This document shows, in pieces, positions 39,301-54,300 of a stretch of 64,000 nt of DNA (position 1 is the stretch's first letter; every line of letters begins with the position of its first letter). The DNA is from Gordius albopunctatus (Eukaryota): the NCBI GenBank assembly GCA_964276515.1, contig OZ193910.1, forward strand, positions 7,006,001 through 7,070,000, written 5' to 3'. The notes under the pieces were generated by a model, which was not told where the DNA came from, ran no database searches, and saw only the letters and a program-made list of their open reading frames with translations. The translations under genes and the position numbers were made by a program.

Positions 39301-42300
39301 CAAACTAATCGCAACAATATAAAGTTGACTTTTCTCAAAATGATTGTTCTCGCAACTTTAAACTTCTTATAAGGAGTCGATCGAGAATAATAGGATTCTC
39401 AAATGAGCTTACTTTTTTATATTTTTTCAAGCTCTTTTACATAAAATAACAAAAAATATATTTTTCAGGTTAAAATAATTCACAATTTTTTCCTTTCAAC
39501 CATATTCAACCGATGAAAGTTTTTATTTTCAGACGTGATTTCCATGATAAAAAGTCAAAATTTATCAGAATTAGAAAACTATTACTTTTAAATCATCATC
39601 GCATAGAGCATGTTTCAAAGATTAAGCACTCACGTTGCGATACAACAAACTAATCGCAACAATATAACGTTGTCTTTTCTCAAAATGATAGTTCTCGCAG
39701 CTTGAAACTTCTTATATGGAGTCGATCGAGAAAAATAGGATTCTCAAATGAGCTTAATTTTTTATATTTTTTCAAGCTCTTTTACATAAAATAACAAAAA
39801 ATATGATTTTTCAGGTTAAAATAATTCAAAATTTTTTCCTTTCATTCATATTCAACCGATGAAAGTTTTTATTTTCAGACGTGATTTCCATGATAAAAAG
39901 TTAAAATTTATTAGAATTAGAGAACTATTATTTGAAATCATCATCGCATACAGCATGTTTCAAAAATTAAGCACTCACGTTGCGATACAACAAACTAATC
40001 GCAACAATATAACGTTGTCTTTTCTCAAAATGATAGTTCTCGCAGCTTGAAACTTCTTATATGGAGTCGATCGAGAAAAATAGGATTCTCAAATGAGCTT
40101 ACTTTTTATATTTTTTCAAGCTCTTTTACATAAAATAACAAAAAATATATTTTTTCAGGTTAAAATAATTCACAATTTTTTCCTTTCAACCATATTCAAC
40201 CGATGAAAGTTTTTATTTTCAGACGTGATTTCCATGAAAAAAAGTCAAAATTTATCAGAATTAGAGAACTATTACTTTTAAATCATCATCGCATAGAGCA
40301 TTTTTCAAAGATTAAGCACTCACGTTGCGATACAACAAACTAATCGCAACAATATAGCGTTGTCTTTTCTCAAAATGATAGTTCTCGCAGCTTGAAACTT
40401 CTTATATGGAGTCGATCGAGAAAAATAGGATTCTCAAATGAGCTTACTTTTTTATATTTTTTCAAGCTCTTTTAGATAAAATAACAAAAAATATATTTTT
40501 TCAGGTTAAAATACTTCACAATTTTTTCCTTTCAACAATATTCAACCGATGAAAGTTTTTATTTTCAGACGTGATTTCCATGATAAAAAGTCAAAATTTA
40601 TCAGAATTAGAAAACTATTACTTTTAAATCATCATCGCATAGAGCATGTTTCAAAGATTAAGCACTCACGTTGCGATACAACAAACTAATCGCAACAATA
40701 TAGCGTTGTCTTTTCTCAAAATGATAGTTCTCGCAGCTTGAAACTTCTTATATGGAGTCGATCGAGAAAAATAGGATTCTCAAATGAGCTTACTTTTTAT
40801 ATTTTTTCAAGCTCTTTTACATAAAATAACAAAAAATATATTTTTTCAGGTTAAAATAATTCACAATTTTTTCCTTTCAACCATATTCAACCGATGAAAG
40901 TTTTTATTTTCAGACGTGATTTCCATGATAAAAAGTCAAAATTTATCAGAATTAGAGAACTATTACTTTTAAATCATCATCGCATAGAGCATTTTTCAAA
41001 GATTAAGCACTCACGTTGCGATACAACAAACTAATCGCAACAATATAACGTTGTCTTTTCTCAAAATGATAGTTCTCGCAGCTTGAAACTTCTTATATGG
41101 AGTCGATCGAGAAAAATAGGATTCTCAAATGAGCTTACTTTTTTATATTTTTTCAAGCTCTTTTACATAAAATAACAAAAATTATATTTTTCAGGTTAAA
41201 ATAATTCACAATTTTTTCCTTTCAACCATATTAACCGATGAAAGTTTTTATTTTCAGACGTGATTTCCATGATAAAAAGTCAAAATTTATCAGAATTAGA
41301 AAACTATTACTTTTAAATCATCATCGCATAGAGCATTTTTCAAAAATTAGGCACTCACGTTGCGATACAACAAACTAATCGCAACAATATAACGTTGTTT
41401 TTTCTCAAAATGATTTTTCTCGCAGATTAAAAATTCTTATAAGGAGTCGATCGAGAATAATACGATTCTCAAATTAGCTTATTTTTATATATTTTATCAA
41501 GCTCTTTTATATAAAATAATAAAAAATATATTATTTAGCTCCGAATAACTCACAATTTTTTCCATTCAACCATATTCATCCAATGAAAGTTTTATTTTCC
41601 GACCTGATTTCCATGATAAAAAGTTAAAATTTATCAGAATTAGAGAACTATTATTTGAAATCATCATCGCATAGAGCATGTTTCAAAAATTAAGCACTCA
41701 CTTTGCGATACAACAAACTAATCGCAACAATATAACGTTGTTTTTTCTCAAAATGATTGTTCTCGCAGATTAAAAATTCTTATAAGGAGTCGATCGAGAA
41801 TAATAGGATTCTCAAATAAGCTTACTTTTATATATTTTTTCAAGCTCTTTTAGATAAAATAACAAAAAATATATTTTTTCAGGTTAAAATACTTCACAAT
41901 TTTTTCCTTTCAACAATATTCAACCGATGAAAGTTTTTATTTTCAGACGTGATTTCCATGATAAAAAGTCAAAATTTATCAGAATTAGAAAACTATTACT
42001 TTTAAATCATCATCGCATAGAGCATGTTTCAAAGATTAAGCACTCACGTTGCGATACAACAAACTAATCGCAACAATATAACGTTGTCTTTTCTCAAAAT
42101 GATAGTTCTCGCAGCTTGAAACTTCTTATATGGAGTCGATCGAGAAAAATAGGATTCTCAAATGAGCTTACTTTTTATATTTTTTCAAGCTCTTTTACAT
42201 AAAATAACAAAAAATATATTTTTTCAGGTTAAAATAATTCACAATTTTTTCCTTTCAACCATATTCAACCGATGAAAGTTTTTATTTTCAGACGTGATTT

Positions 42301-45300
42301 CCATGATAAAAAGTCAAAATTTATCAGAATTAGAGAACTATTACTTTTAAATCATCATCGAATAGAGCATTTTTCAAAGATTAAGCACTCACGTTGCGAT
42401 ACAACAAACTAATCGCAACAATATAACGTTGTCTTTTCTCAAAATGATAGTTCTCGCAGCTTGAAACTTCTTATAAGGAGTCGATCGAGAATAATAGGAT
42501 TCTCAAATAAGCTTACTTTTATATATTTTTTCAAGCTCTTTTAGATAAAATAACAAAAAATATATTTTTTCAGGTTAAAATACTTCACAATTTTTTCCTT
42601 TCAACCATATTCAACCGATGAAATTTTTTATTTTCAGACGTGATTTCCATGATAAAAAGTCAAAATTTATCAGAATTAGAAAACTATTACTTTTAAATCA
42701 TCATCGCATAGAGCATGTTTCAAAAATTAAGCACTCACGTTGCGATACAACAAACTAATCGCAACAATATAAAGTTGACTTTTCTCAAAATGATTGTTCT
42801 CGCAACTTTAAACTTCTTATAAGGAGTCGATCGAGAATAATAGGATTCTCAAATGAGCTTACTTTTTTATATTTTTTCAAGCTCTTTTACATAAAATAAC
42901 AAAAAATATATTTTTCAGGTTAAAATAATTCACAATTTTTTCCTTTCAACCATATTCAACCGATGAAAGTTTTTATTTTCAGACGTGATTTCCATGATAA
43001 AAAGTCAAAATTTATCAGAATTAGAAAACTATTACTTTTAAATCATCATCGCATAGAGCATGTTTCAAAGATTAAGCACTCACGTTGCGATACAACAAAC
43101 TAATCGCAACAATATAACGTTGTCTTTTCTCAAAATGATAGTTCTCGCAGCTTGAAACTTCTTATATGGAGTCGATCGAGAAAAATAGGATTCTCAAATG
43201 AGCTTAATTTTTTATATTTTTTCAAGCTCTTTTACATAAAATAACAAAAAATATGATTTTTCAGGTTAAAATAATTCAAAATTTTTTCCTTTCATTCATA
43301 TTCAACCGATGAAAGTTTTTATTTTCAGACGTGATTTCCATGATAAAAAGTTAAAATTTATTAGAATTAGAGAACTATTATTTGAAATCATCATCGCATA
43401 CAGCATGTTTCAAAAATTAAGCACTCACGTTGCGATACAACAAACTAATCGCAACAATATAACGTTGTCTTTTCTCAAAATGATAGTTCTCGCAGCTTGA
43501 AACTTCTTATATGGAGTCGATCGAGAAAAATAGGATTCTCAAATGAGCTTACTTTTTATATTTTTTCAAGCTCTTTTACATAAAATAACAAAAAATATAT
43601 TTTTTCAGGTTAAAATAATTCACAATTTTTTCCTTTCAACCATATTCAACCGATGAAAGTTTTTATTTTCAGACGTGATTTCCATGAAAAAAAGTCAAAA
43701 TTTATCAGAATTAGAGAACTATTACTTTTAAATCATCATCGCATAGAGCATTTTTCAAAGATTAAGCACTCACGTTGCGATACAACAAACTAATCGCAAC
43801 AATATAACGTTGTCTTTTCTCAAAATGATAGTTCTCGCAGCTTGAAACTTCTTATATGGAGTCGATCGAGAAAAATAGGATTCTCAAATGAGCTTACTTT
43901 TTTATATTTTTTCAAGCTCTTTTACATTAAATAACAAAAAATATATTTTTCAGGTTAAAATAATTCACAATTTTTTCCTTTCAACCATATTCAACCGATG
44001 AAAGTTTTTATTTTCAGACGTGATTTCCATGATAAAAAGTCAAAATTTATCAGAATTAGAAAACTATTACTTTTAAATCATCATCGCATAGAGCATTTTT
44101 CAAAAATTAGGCACTCACGTTGCGATACAACAAACTAATCGCAACAATATAACGTTCTCCTTTTCTCAAAATGATTGTTCTCGCAGATTAAAAATTGTTA
44201 TAAGGAGTATATCGAGAATAATAGGATTCTCAAATGAGCTTACTTTTATATATTTTTTCAAGCTCTTTTACATAAAATAACAAAAAATATATTTTTTCAG
44301 GTTAAAATAATTCACAATTTTTTCCTTTCAAACATATTCAACCGATGAAAGTTTTTATTTTCAGACGTGATTTCCATGATAAAAAGTTAAAATTTATCAG
44401 AATTAGAGAACTATTATTTGAAATCATCATCGCATAGAGCATGTTTCAAAAATTAAGCAGTCACTTTGCGATACAACAAACTAATCGCAACAATATAACG
44501 TTGTCTTTTCTCAAAATGATTGTTCTCGCAGCTTAAAAATTAAGGAGTCGATCGAGAATAATAGGTTTCTCAAATGAGCTTACCTTTATATATTTTTTCA
44601 AGCTCTTTTAGATAAAATAACAAAAAATATATTTTTTTAGCTCCGAATAATTCACAATATTTTCCTTTCAACCATATTCATCCAATGAAAGTTTTATTTT
44701 CCGACCTGATTTCCATGATAAAAAGTTGAAATTTATCCGAATTAGAGAACTATTACTTTGAAATCATCATCGCATAGAGAATGTTTAAAATTAAGCACTC
44801 ACGTTGCGATACAACAAACTAATCGCAACAATATAACGTTGTCTTTTCTCAAAATCATAGTTCTCGCAGCGTAAAAATTCTTATAAGGAGTCGATCGAGA
44901 ATAATACGATTCTCAAATTAGCTTATTTTTATATATTTTATCAAGCTCTTTTATATAAAATAATAAAAAATATATTATTTAGCTCCGAATAACTCACAAT
45001 TTTTTCCATTCAACCATATTCATCCAATGAAAGTTTTATTTTCCGACCTGATTTCCATGATAAAAAGTTAAAATTTATCAGAATTAGAGAACTATTATTT
45101 GAAATCATCATCGCATAGAGCATGTTTCAAAAATTAAGCACTCACTTTGCGATACAACAAACTAATCGCAACAATATAACGTTGTTTTTTCTCAAAATGA
45201 TTGTTCTCGCAGATTAAAAATTCTTATAAGGAGTCGATCGAGAATAATAGGATTCTCAAATGAGCTTACTTTTATATATTTTTTCAAGCTCTTTTAGATA

Positions 45301-48300
45301 AAATAACAAAAAATATATTTTTTCAGGTTAAAATACTTCACAATTTTTTCCTTTCAACAATATTCAACCGATGAAAGTTTTTATTTTCAGACGTGATTTC
45401 CATGATAAAAAGTCAAAATTTATCAGAATTAGAAAACTATTACTTTTAAATCATCATCGCATAGAGCATGTTTCAAAGATTAAGCACTCACGTTGCGATA
45501 CAACAAACTAATCGCAACAATATAACGTTGTCTTTTCTCAAAATGATAGTTCTCGCAGCTTGAAACTTCTTATATGGAGTCGATCGAGAAAAATAGGATT
45601 CTCAAATGAGCTTACTTTTTTATATTTTTTCAAGCTCTTTTAGATAAAATAACAAAAAATATATTTTTTCAGGTTAAAATACTTCACAATTTTTTCCTTT
45701 CAACAATATTCAACCGATGAAAGTTTTTATTTTCAGACGTGATTTCCATGATAAAAAGTCAAAATTTATCAGAATTAGAAAACTATTACTTTTAAATCAT
45801 CATCGCATAGAGCATGTTTCAAAGATTAAGCACTCACGTTGCGATACAACAAACTAATCGCAACAATATAGCGTTGTCTTTTCTCAAAATGATAGTTCTC
45901 GCAGCTTGAAACTTCTTATATGGAGTCGATCGAGAAAAATAGGATTCTCAAATGAGCTTACTTTTTATATTTTTTCAAGCTCTTTTACATAAAATAACAA
46001 AAAATATATTTTTTCAGGTTAAAATAATTCACAATTTTTTCCTTTCAACCATATTCAACCGATGAAAGTTTTTATTTTCAGACGTGATTTCCATGATAAA
46101 AAGTCAAAATTTATCAGAATTAGAGAACTATTACTTTTAAATCATCATCGCATAGAGCATTTTTCAAAGATTAAGCACTCACGTTGCGATACAACAAACT
46201 AATCGCAACAATATAACGTTGTCTTTTCTCAAAATGATAGTTCTCGCAGCTTGAAACTTCTTATATGGAGTCGATCGAGAAAAATAGGATTCTCAAATGA
46301 GCTTACTTTTTTATATTTTTTCAAGCTCTTTTACATAAAATAACAAAAATTATATTTTTCAGGTTAAAATAATTCACAATTTTTTCCTTTCAACCATATT
46401 AACCGATGAAAGTTTTTATTTTCAGACGTGATTTCCATGATAAAAAGTCAAAATTTATCAGAATTAGAAAACTATTACTTTTAAATCATCATCGCATAGA
46501 GCATTTTTCAAAAATTAGGCACTCACGTTGCGATACAACAAACTAATCGCAACAATATAACGTTGTTTTTTCTCAAAATGATTTTTCTCGCAGATTAAAA
46601 ATTCTTATAAGGAGTCGATCGAGAATAATACGATTCTCAAATTAGCTTATTTTTATATATTTTATCAAGCTCTTTTATATAAAATAATAAAAAATATATT
46701 ATTTAGCTCCGAATAACTCACAATTTTTTCCATTCAACCATATTCATCCAATGAAAGTTTTATTTTCCGACCTGATTTCCATGATAAAAAGTTAAAATTT
46801 ATCAGAATTAGAGAACTATTATTTGAAATCATCATCGCATAGAGCATGTTTCAAAAATTAAGCACTCACTTTGCGATACAACAAACTAATCGCAACAATA
46901 TAACGTTGTTTTTTCTCAAAATGATTGTTCTCGCAGATTAAAAATTCTTATAAGGAGTCGATCGAGAATAATAGGATTCTCAAATAAGCTTACTTTTATA
47001 TATTTTTTCAAGCTCTTTTAGATAAAATAACAAAAAATATATTTTTTCAGGTTAAAATACTTCACAATTTTTTCCTTTCAACAATATTCAACCGATGAAA
47101 GTTTTTATTTTCAGACGTGATTTCCATGATAAAAAGTCAAAATTTATCAGAATTAGAAAACTATTACTTTTAAATCATCATCGCATAGAGCATGTTTCAA
47201 AGATTAAGCACTCACGTTGCGATACAACAAACTAATCGCAACAATATAACGTTGTCTTTTCTCAAAATGATAGTTCTCGCAGCTTGAAACTTCTTATATG
47301 GAGTCGATCGAGAAAAATAGGATTCTCAAATGAGCTTACTTTTTATATTTTTTCAAGCTCTTTTACATAAAATAACAAAAAATATATTTTTTCAGGTTAA
47401 AATAATTCACAATTTTTTCCTTTCAACCATATTCAACCGATGAAAGTTTTTATTTTCAGACGTGATTTCCATGATAAAAAGTCAAAATTTATCAGAATTA
47501 GAGAACTATTACTTTTAAATCATCATCGAATAGAGCATTTTTCAAAGATTAAGCACTCACGTTGCGATACAACAAACTAATCGCAACAATATAACGTTGT
47601 CTTTTCTCAAAATGATAGTTCTCGCAGCTTGAAACTTCTTATAAGGAGTCGATCGAGAATAATAGGATTCTCAAATAAGCTTACTTTTATATATTTTTTC
47701 AAGCTCTTTTAGATAAAATAACAAAAAATATATTTTTTCAGGTTAAAATACTTCACAATTTTTTCCTTTCAACCATATTCAACCGATGAAATTTTTTATT
47801 TTCAGACGTGATTTCCATGATAAAAAGTCAAAATTTATCAGAATTAGAAAACTATTACTTTTAAATCATCATCGCATAGAGCATGTTTCAAAAATTAAGC
47901 ACTCACGTTGCGATACAACAAACTAATCGCAACAATATAAAGTTGACTTTTCTCAAAATGATTGTTCTCGCAACTTTAAACTTCTTATAAGGAGTCGATC
48001 GAGAATAATAGGATTCTCAAATGAGCTTACTTTTTTATATTTTTTCAAGCTCTTTTACATAAAATAACAAAAAATATATTTTTCAGGTTAAAATAATTCA
48101 CAATTTTTTCCTTTCAACCATATTCAACCGATGAAAGTTTTTATTTTCAGACGTGATTTCCATGATAAAAAGTCAAAATTTATCAGAATTAGAAAACTAT
48201 TACTTTTAAATCATCATCGCATAGAGCATGTTTCAAAGATTAAGCACTCACGTTGCGATACAACAAACTAATCGCAACAATATAACGTTGTCTTTTCTCA

Positions 48301-51300
48301 AAATGATAGTTCTCGCAGCTTGAAACTTCTTATATGGAGTCGATCGAGAAAAATAGGATTCTCAAATGAGCTTAATTTTTTATATTTTTTCAAGCTCTTT
48401 TACATAAAATAACAAAAAATATGATTTTTCAGGTTAAAATAATTCAAAATTTTTTCCTTTCATTCATATTCAACCGATGAAAGTTTTTATTTTCAGACGT
48501 GATTTCCATGATAAAAAGTTAAAATTTATTAGAATTAGAGAACTATTATTTGAAATCATCATCGCATACAGCATGTTTCAAAAATTAAGCACTCACGTTG
48601 CGATACAACAAACTAATCGCAACAATATAACGTTGTCTTTTCTCAAAATGATAGTTCTCGCAGCTTGAAACTTCTTATATGGAGTCGATCGAGAAAAATA
48701 GGATTCTCAAATGAGCTTACTTTTTATATTTTTTCAAGCTCTTTTACATAAAATAACAAAAAATATATTTTTTCAGGTTAAAATAATTCACAATTTTTTC
48801 CTTTCAACCATATTCAACCGATGAAAGTTTTTATTTTCAGACGTGATTTCCATGATAAAAAGTCAAAATTTATCAGAATTAGAGAACTATTACTTTTAAA
48901 TCATCATCGAATAGAGCATTTTTCAAAGATTAAGCACTCACGTTGCGATACAACAAACTAATCGCAACAATATAACGTTGTCTTTTCTCAAAATGATAGT
49001 TCTCGCAGCTTGAAACTTCTTATAAGGAGTCGATCGAGAATAATAGGATTCTCAAATAAGCTTACTTTTATATATTTTTTCAAGCTCTTTTAGATAAAAT
49101 AACAAAAAATATATTTTTTCAGGTTAAAATACTTCACAATTTTTTCCTTTCAACCATATTCAACCGATGAAATTTTTTATTTTCAGACGTGATTTCCATG
49201 ATAAAAAGTCAAAATTTATCAGAATTAGAAAACTATTACTTTTAAATCATCATCGCATAGAGCATGTTTCAAAAATTAAGCACTCACGTTGCGATACAAC
49301 AAACTAATCGCAACAATATAACGTTGTCTTTTCTCAAAATGATAGTTCTCGCAGCTTGAAACTTCTTATAAGGAGTCGATCGAGAATAATAGGATTCTCA
49401 AATAAGCTTACTTTTATATATTTTTTCAAGCTCTTTTAGATAAAATAACAAAAAATATATTTTTTCAGGTTAAAATACTTCACAATTTTTTCCTTTCAAC
49501 CATATTCAACCGATGAAATTTTTTATTTTCAGACGTGATTTCCATGATAAAAAGTCAAAATTTATCAGAATTAGAAAACTATTACTTTTAAATCATCATC
49601 GAATAGAGCATTTTTCAAAGATTAAGCACTCACGTTGCGATACAACAAACTAATCGCAACAATATAACGTTGTCTTTTCTCAAAATGATAGTTCTCGCAG
49701 CTTGAAACTTCTTATAAGGAGTCGATCGAGAATAATAGGATTCTCAAATAAGCTTACTTTTATATATTTTTTCAAGCTCTTTTAGATAAAATAACAAAAA
49801 ATATATTTTTTCAGGTTAAAATACTTCACAATTTTTTCCTTTCAACCATATTCAACCGATGAAATTTTTTATTTTCAGACGTGATTTCCATGATAAAAAG
49901 TCAAAATTTATCAGAATTAGAAAACTATTACTTTTAAATCATCATCGCATAGAGCATGTTTCAAAAATTAAGCACTCACGTTGCGATACAACAAATTAAT
50001 CGCAACAATATAAAGTTGACTTTTCTCAAAATGATTGTTCTCGCAACTTTAAACTTCTTATAAGGAGTCGATCGAGAATAATAGGATTCTCAAATGAGCT
50101 TACTTTTTATATTTTTTCAAGCTCTTTTACATAAAATAACAAAAAATATATTTTTTCAGGTTAAAATAATTCACAATTTTTTCCTTTCAACCATATTCAA
50201 CCGATGAAAGTTTTTATTTTCAGACGTGATTTCCATGAAAAAAAGTCAAAATTTATCAGAATTAGAGAACTATTACTTTTAAATCATCATCGCATAGAGC
50301 ATTTTTCAAAGATTAAGCACTCACGTTGCGATACAACAAACTAATCGCAACAATATAACGTTGTCTTTTCTCAAAATGATAGTTCTCGCAGCTTGAAACT
50401 TCTTATATGGAGTCGATCGAGAAAAATAGGATTCTCAAATGAGCTTACTTTTTTATATTTTTTCAAGCTCTTTTACATTAAATAACAAAAAATATATTTT
50501 TCAGGTTAAAATAATTCACAATTTTTTCCTTTCAACCATATTCAACCGATGAAAGTTTTTATTTTCAGACGTGATTTCCATGATAAAAAGTCAAAATTTA
50601 TCAGAATTAGAAAACTATTACTTTTAAATCATCATCGCATAGAGCATTTTTCAAAAATTAGGCACTCACGTTGCGATACAACAAACTAATCGCAACAATA
50701 TAACGTTCTCCTTTTCTCAAAATGATTGTTCTCGCAGATTAAAAATTGTTATAAGGAGTATATCGAGAATAATAGGATTCTCAAATGAGCTTACTTTTAT
50801 ATATTTTTTCAAGCTCTTTTACATAAAATAACAAAAAATATATTTTTTCAGGTTAAAATAATTCACAATTTTTTCCTTTCAAACATATTCAACCGATGAA
50901 AGTTTTTATTTTCAGACGTGATTTCCATGATAAAAAGTTAAAATTTATCAGAATTAGAGAACTATTATTTGAAATCATCATCGCATAGAGCATGTTTCAA
51001 AAATTAAGCAGTCACTTTGCGATACAACAAACTAATCGCAACAATATAACGTTGTCTTTTCTCAAAATGATTGTTCTCGCAGCTTAAAAATTAAGGAGTC
51101 GATCGAGAATAATAGGTTTCTCAAATGAGCTTACCTTTATATATTTTTTCAAGCTCTTTTAGATAAAATAACAAAAAATATATTTTTTTAGCTCCGAATA
51201 ATTCACAATATTTTCCTTTCAACCATATTCATCCAATGAAAGTTTTATTTTCCGACCTGATTTCCATGATAAAAAGTTGAAATTTATCCGAATTAGAGAA

Positions 51301-54300
51301 CTATTACTTTGAAATCATCATCGCATAGAGAATGTTTAAAATTAAGCACTCACGTTGCGATACAACAAACTAATCGCAACAATATAACGTTGTCTTTTCT
51401 CAAAATCATAGTTCTCGCAGCGTAAAAATTCTTATAAGGAGTCGATCGAGAATAATACGATTCTCAAATTAGCTTATTTTTATATATTTTATCAAGCTCT
51501 TTTATATAAAATAATAAAAAATATATTATTTAGCTCCAAATAACTCACAATTTTTTCCATTCAACCATATTCAACCGATGAAAGTTTTTATTTTCAGACG
51601 TGATTTCCATGATAAAAAGTTAAAATTTATCCGAATTAGAGAACTATTACTTTGAAATCATCATCGCATAGAGAATGTTTAAAATTAAGCACTCACGTTG
51701 CGATACAACAAACTAATCGCAACAATATAACGTTGTCTTTTCTCAAAATGATAGTTATCTCAGTTTGAAACTTCTTATATGGAGTCGATCGAGAAAAATA
51801 GGATTCTCAAATGAGCTTACTTTTTTATATTTTTTCAAGCTCTTTTACATAAAATAACAAAAAATATGATTTTTCAGGTTAAAATAATTCACAATTTTTT
51901 CCTTTCATTCATATTCAACCGATGAAAGTTTTTATTTTCAGACGTGATTTCCATGATTTAAAGTTAAAATTTATCAGAATTAGAGAACTATTACTTTGAA
52001 ATCATCCTTGCATAGAGCATGTTTCAAAAATTAAGCACTCACGTTGCGATACAACAAACTAATCGCAACAATATAACGTTGTCTTTTCTCAAAATGATTG
52101 TTCTCTCAGCTTGAAACTTCTTATATGGAGTCGATCGAGAAAAATAGGATTCTCAAATGAGCTTACTTTTTTATATTTTTTCAAGCTCTTTTACATAAAA
52201 TAACAAAAAATATGATTTTTCAGGTTAAAATAATTCACAATTTTTTCCTTTCAACCATATTCAACCGATGAAAGTTGTTATTTTCAGACGTGATTTCCAT
52301 GATAAAAAGTTAAAATTTATCAGAATGAGAGAACCATTACTTTTAAATCATCATCGCATAGAGCATGTTTCAAAAATTAAGCACTCACGTTGCGATACAA
52401 CAAACTAATCGCAACAATATAACGTTGACTTTTCTCAAAATGATTGTTCTCGCAACTTTAAACTTCTTATAAGGATTCGATCGAGAATAATAGGATTCTT
52501 AAATGAGCTTACTTTTAAATATTTTTTCAAGCTCTTTTATATAAAATAACAAAAATTATATTTTTTTAGCTCCGAATAATTCACAATATTTTCCTTTCAA
52601 CCATATTCAACCGATGAAAGTTTTTATTTTCAGACGTGATTTCCATGATAAAAAGTTAAAATTTATAAAATTAGAGAACTATTACTTTGAAATCATCCTC
52701 GCATAGAGCATGTTTCAAAAATTAAGCACTCACGTTGCGATACAACAAACTAATCGCAACAATATAACGTTGTCTTTTCTCAAAATCATAGTTCTCGCAG
52801 CGTAAAAATTCTTATAAGGAGTCGATCGAGAATAATACGATTCTCAAATTAGCTTATTTTTATATATTTTATCAAGCTCTTTTATATAAAATAATAAAAA
52901 ATATATTATTTAGCTCCAAATAACTCACAATTTTTTCCATTCAACCATATTCATCCAATGAAAGTTTTATTTTCCGACCTGATTTCCATGATAAAAAGTT
53001 AAAATTTATCAGAATTAGAGAACTATTATTTGAAATCATCATCGCATAGAGCATGTTTCAAAAATTAAGCACTCACTTTGCGATACCACAAACTAATCGC
53101 AACAATATAACGTTGTTTTTTCTCAAAATGATTTTTCTCGCAGATTAAAAATTCTTATAAGGAGTCGATCGAGAATAATACGATTCTCAAATTAGCTTAT
53201 TTTTATATATTTTATCAAGCTCTTTTATATAAAATAATAAAAAATATATTATTTAGCTCCGAATAACTCACAATTTTTTCCATTCAACCATATTCATCCA
53301 ATGAAAGTTTTATTTTCCGACCTGATTTCCATGATAAAAAGTTAAAATTTATCAGAATTAGAGAACTATTATTTGAAATCATCATCGCATAGAGCATGTT
53401 TCAAAAATTAAGCACTCACTTTGCGATACAACAAACTAATCGCAACAATATAACGTTGTTTTTTCTCAAAATGATTGTTCTCGCAGATTAAAAATTCTTA
53501 TAAGGAGTCGATCGAGAATAATAGGATTCTCAAATGAGCTTACTTTTATATATTTTTTCAAGCTATTTTAGATAAAATAACAAAAAATATATTTTTTCAG
53601 GTTAAAATACTTCACAATTTTTTCCTTTCAACAATATTCAACCGATGAAAGTTTTTATTTTCAGACGTGATTTCCATGATAAAAAGTCAAAATTTATCAG
53701 AATTAGAAAACTATTACTTTTAAATCATCATCGCATAGAGCATGTTTCAAAGATTAAGCACTCACGTTGCGATACAACAAACTAATCGCAACAATATAAC
53801 GTTGTCTTTTCTCAAAATGATAGTTCTCGCAGCTTGAAACTTCTTATATGGAGTCGATCGAGAAAAATAGGATTCTCAAATGAGCTTACTTTTTATATTT
53901 TTTCAAGCTCTTTTACATAAAATAACAAAAAATATATTTTTTCAGGTTAAAATAATTCACAATTTTTTCCTTTCAACCATATTCAACCGATGAAAGTTTT
54001 TATTTTCAGACGTGATTTCCATGATAAAAAGTCAAAATTTATCAGAATTAGAGAACTATTACTTTTAAATCATCATCGCATAGAGCATTTTTCAAAGATT
54101 AAGCACTCACGTTGCGATAGAACAAACTAATCGCAACAATATAACGTTGTCTTTTCTCAAAATGATAGTTCTCGCAGCTTGAAACTTCTTATATGGAGTC
54201 GATCGAGAAAAATAGGATTCTCAAATGAGCTTACTTTTTTATATTTTTTCAAGCTCTTTTACATAAAATAACAAAAAATATATTTTTCAGGTTAAAATAA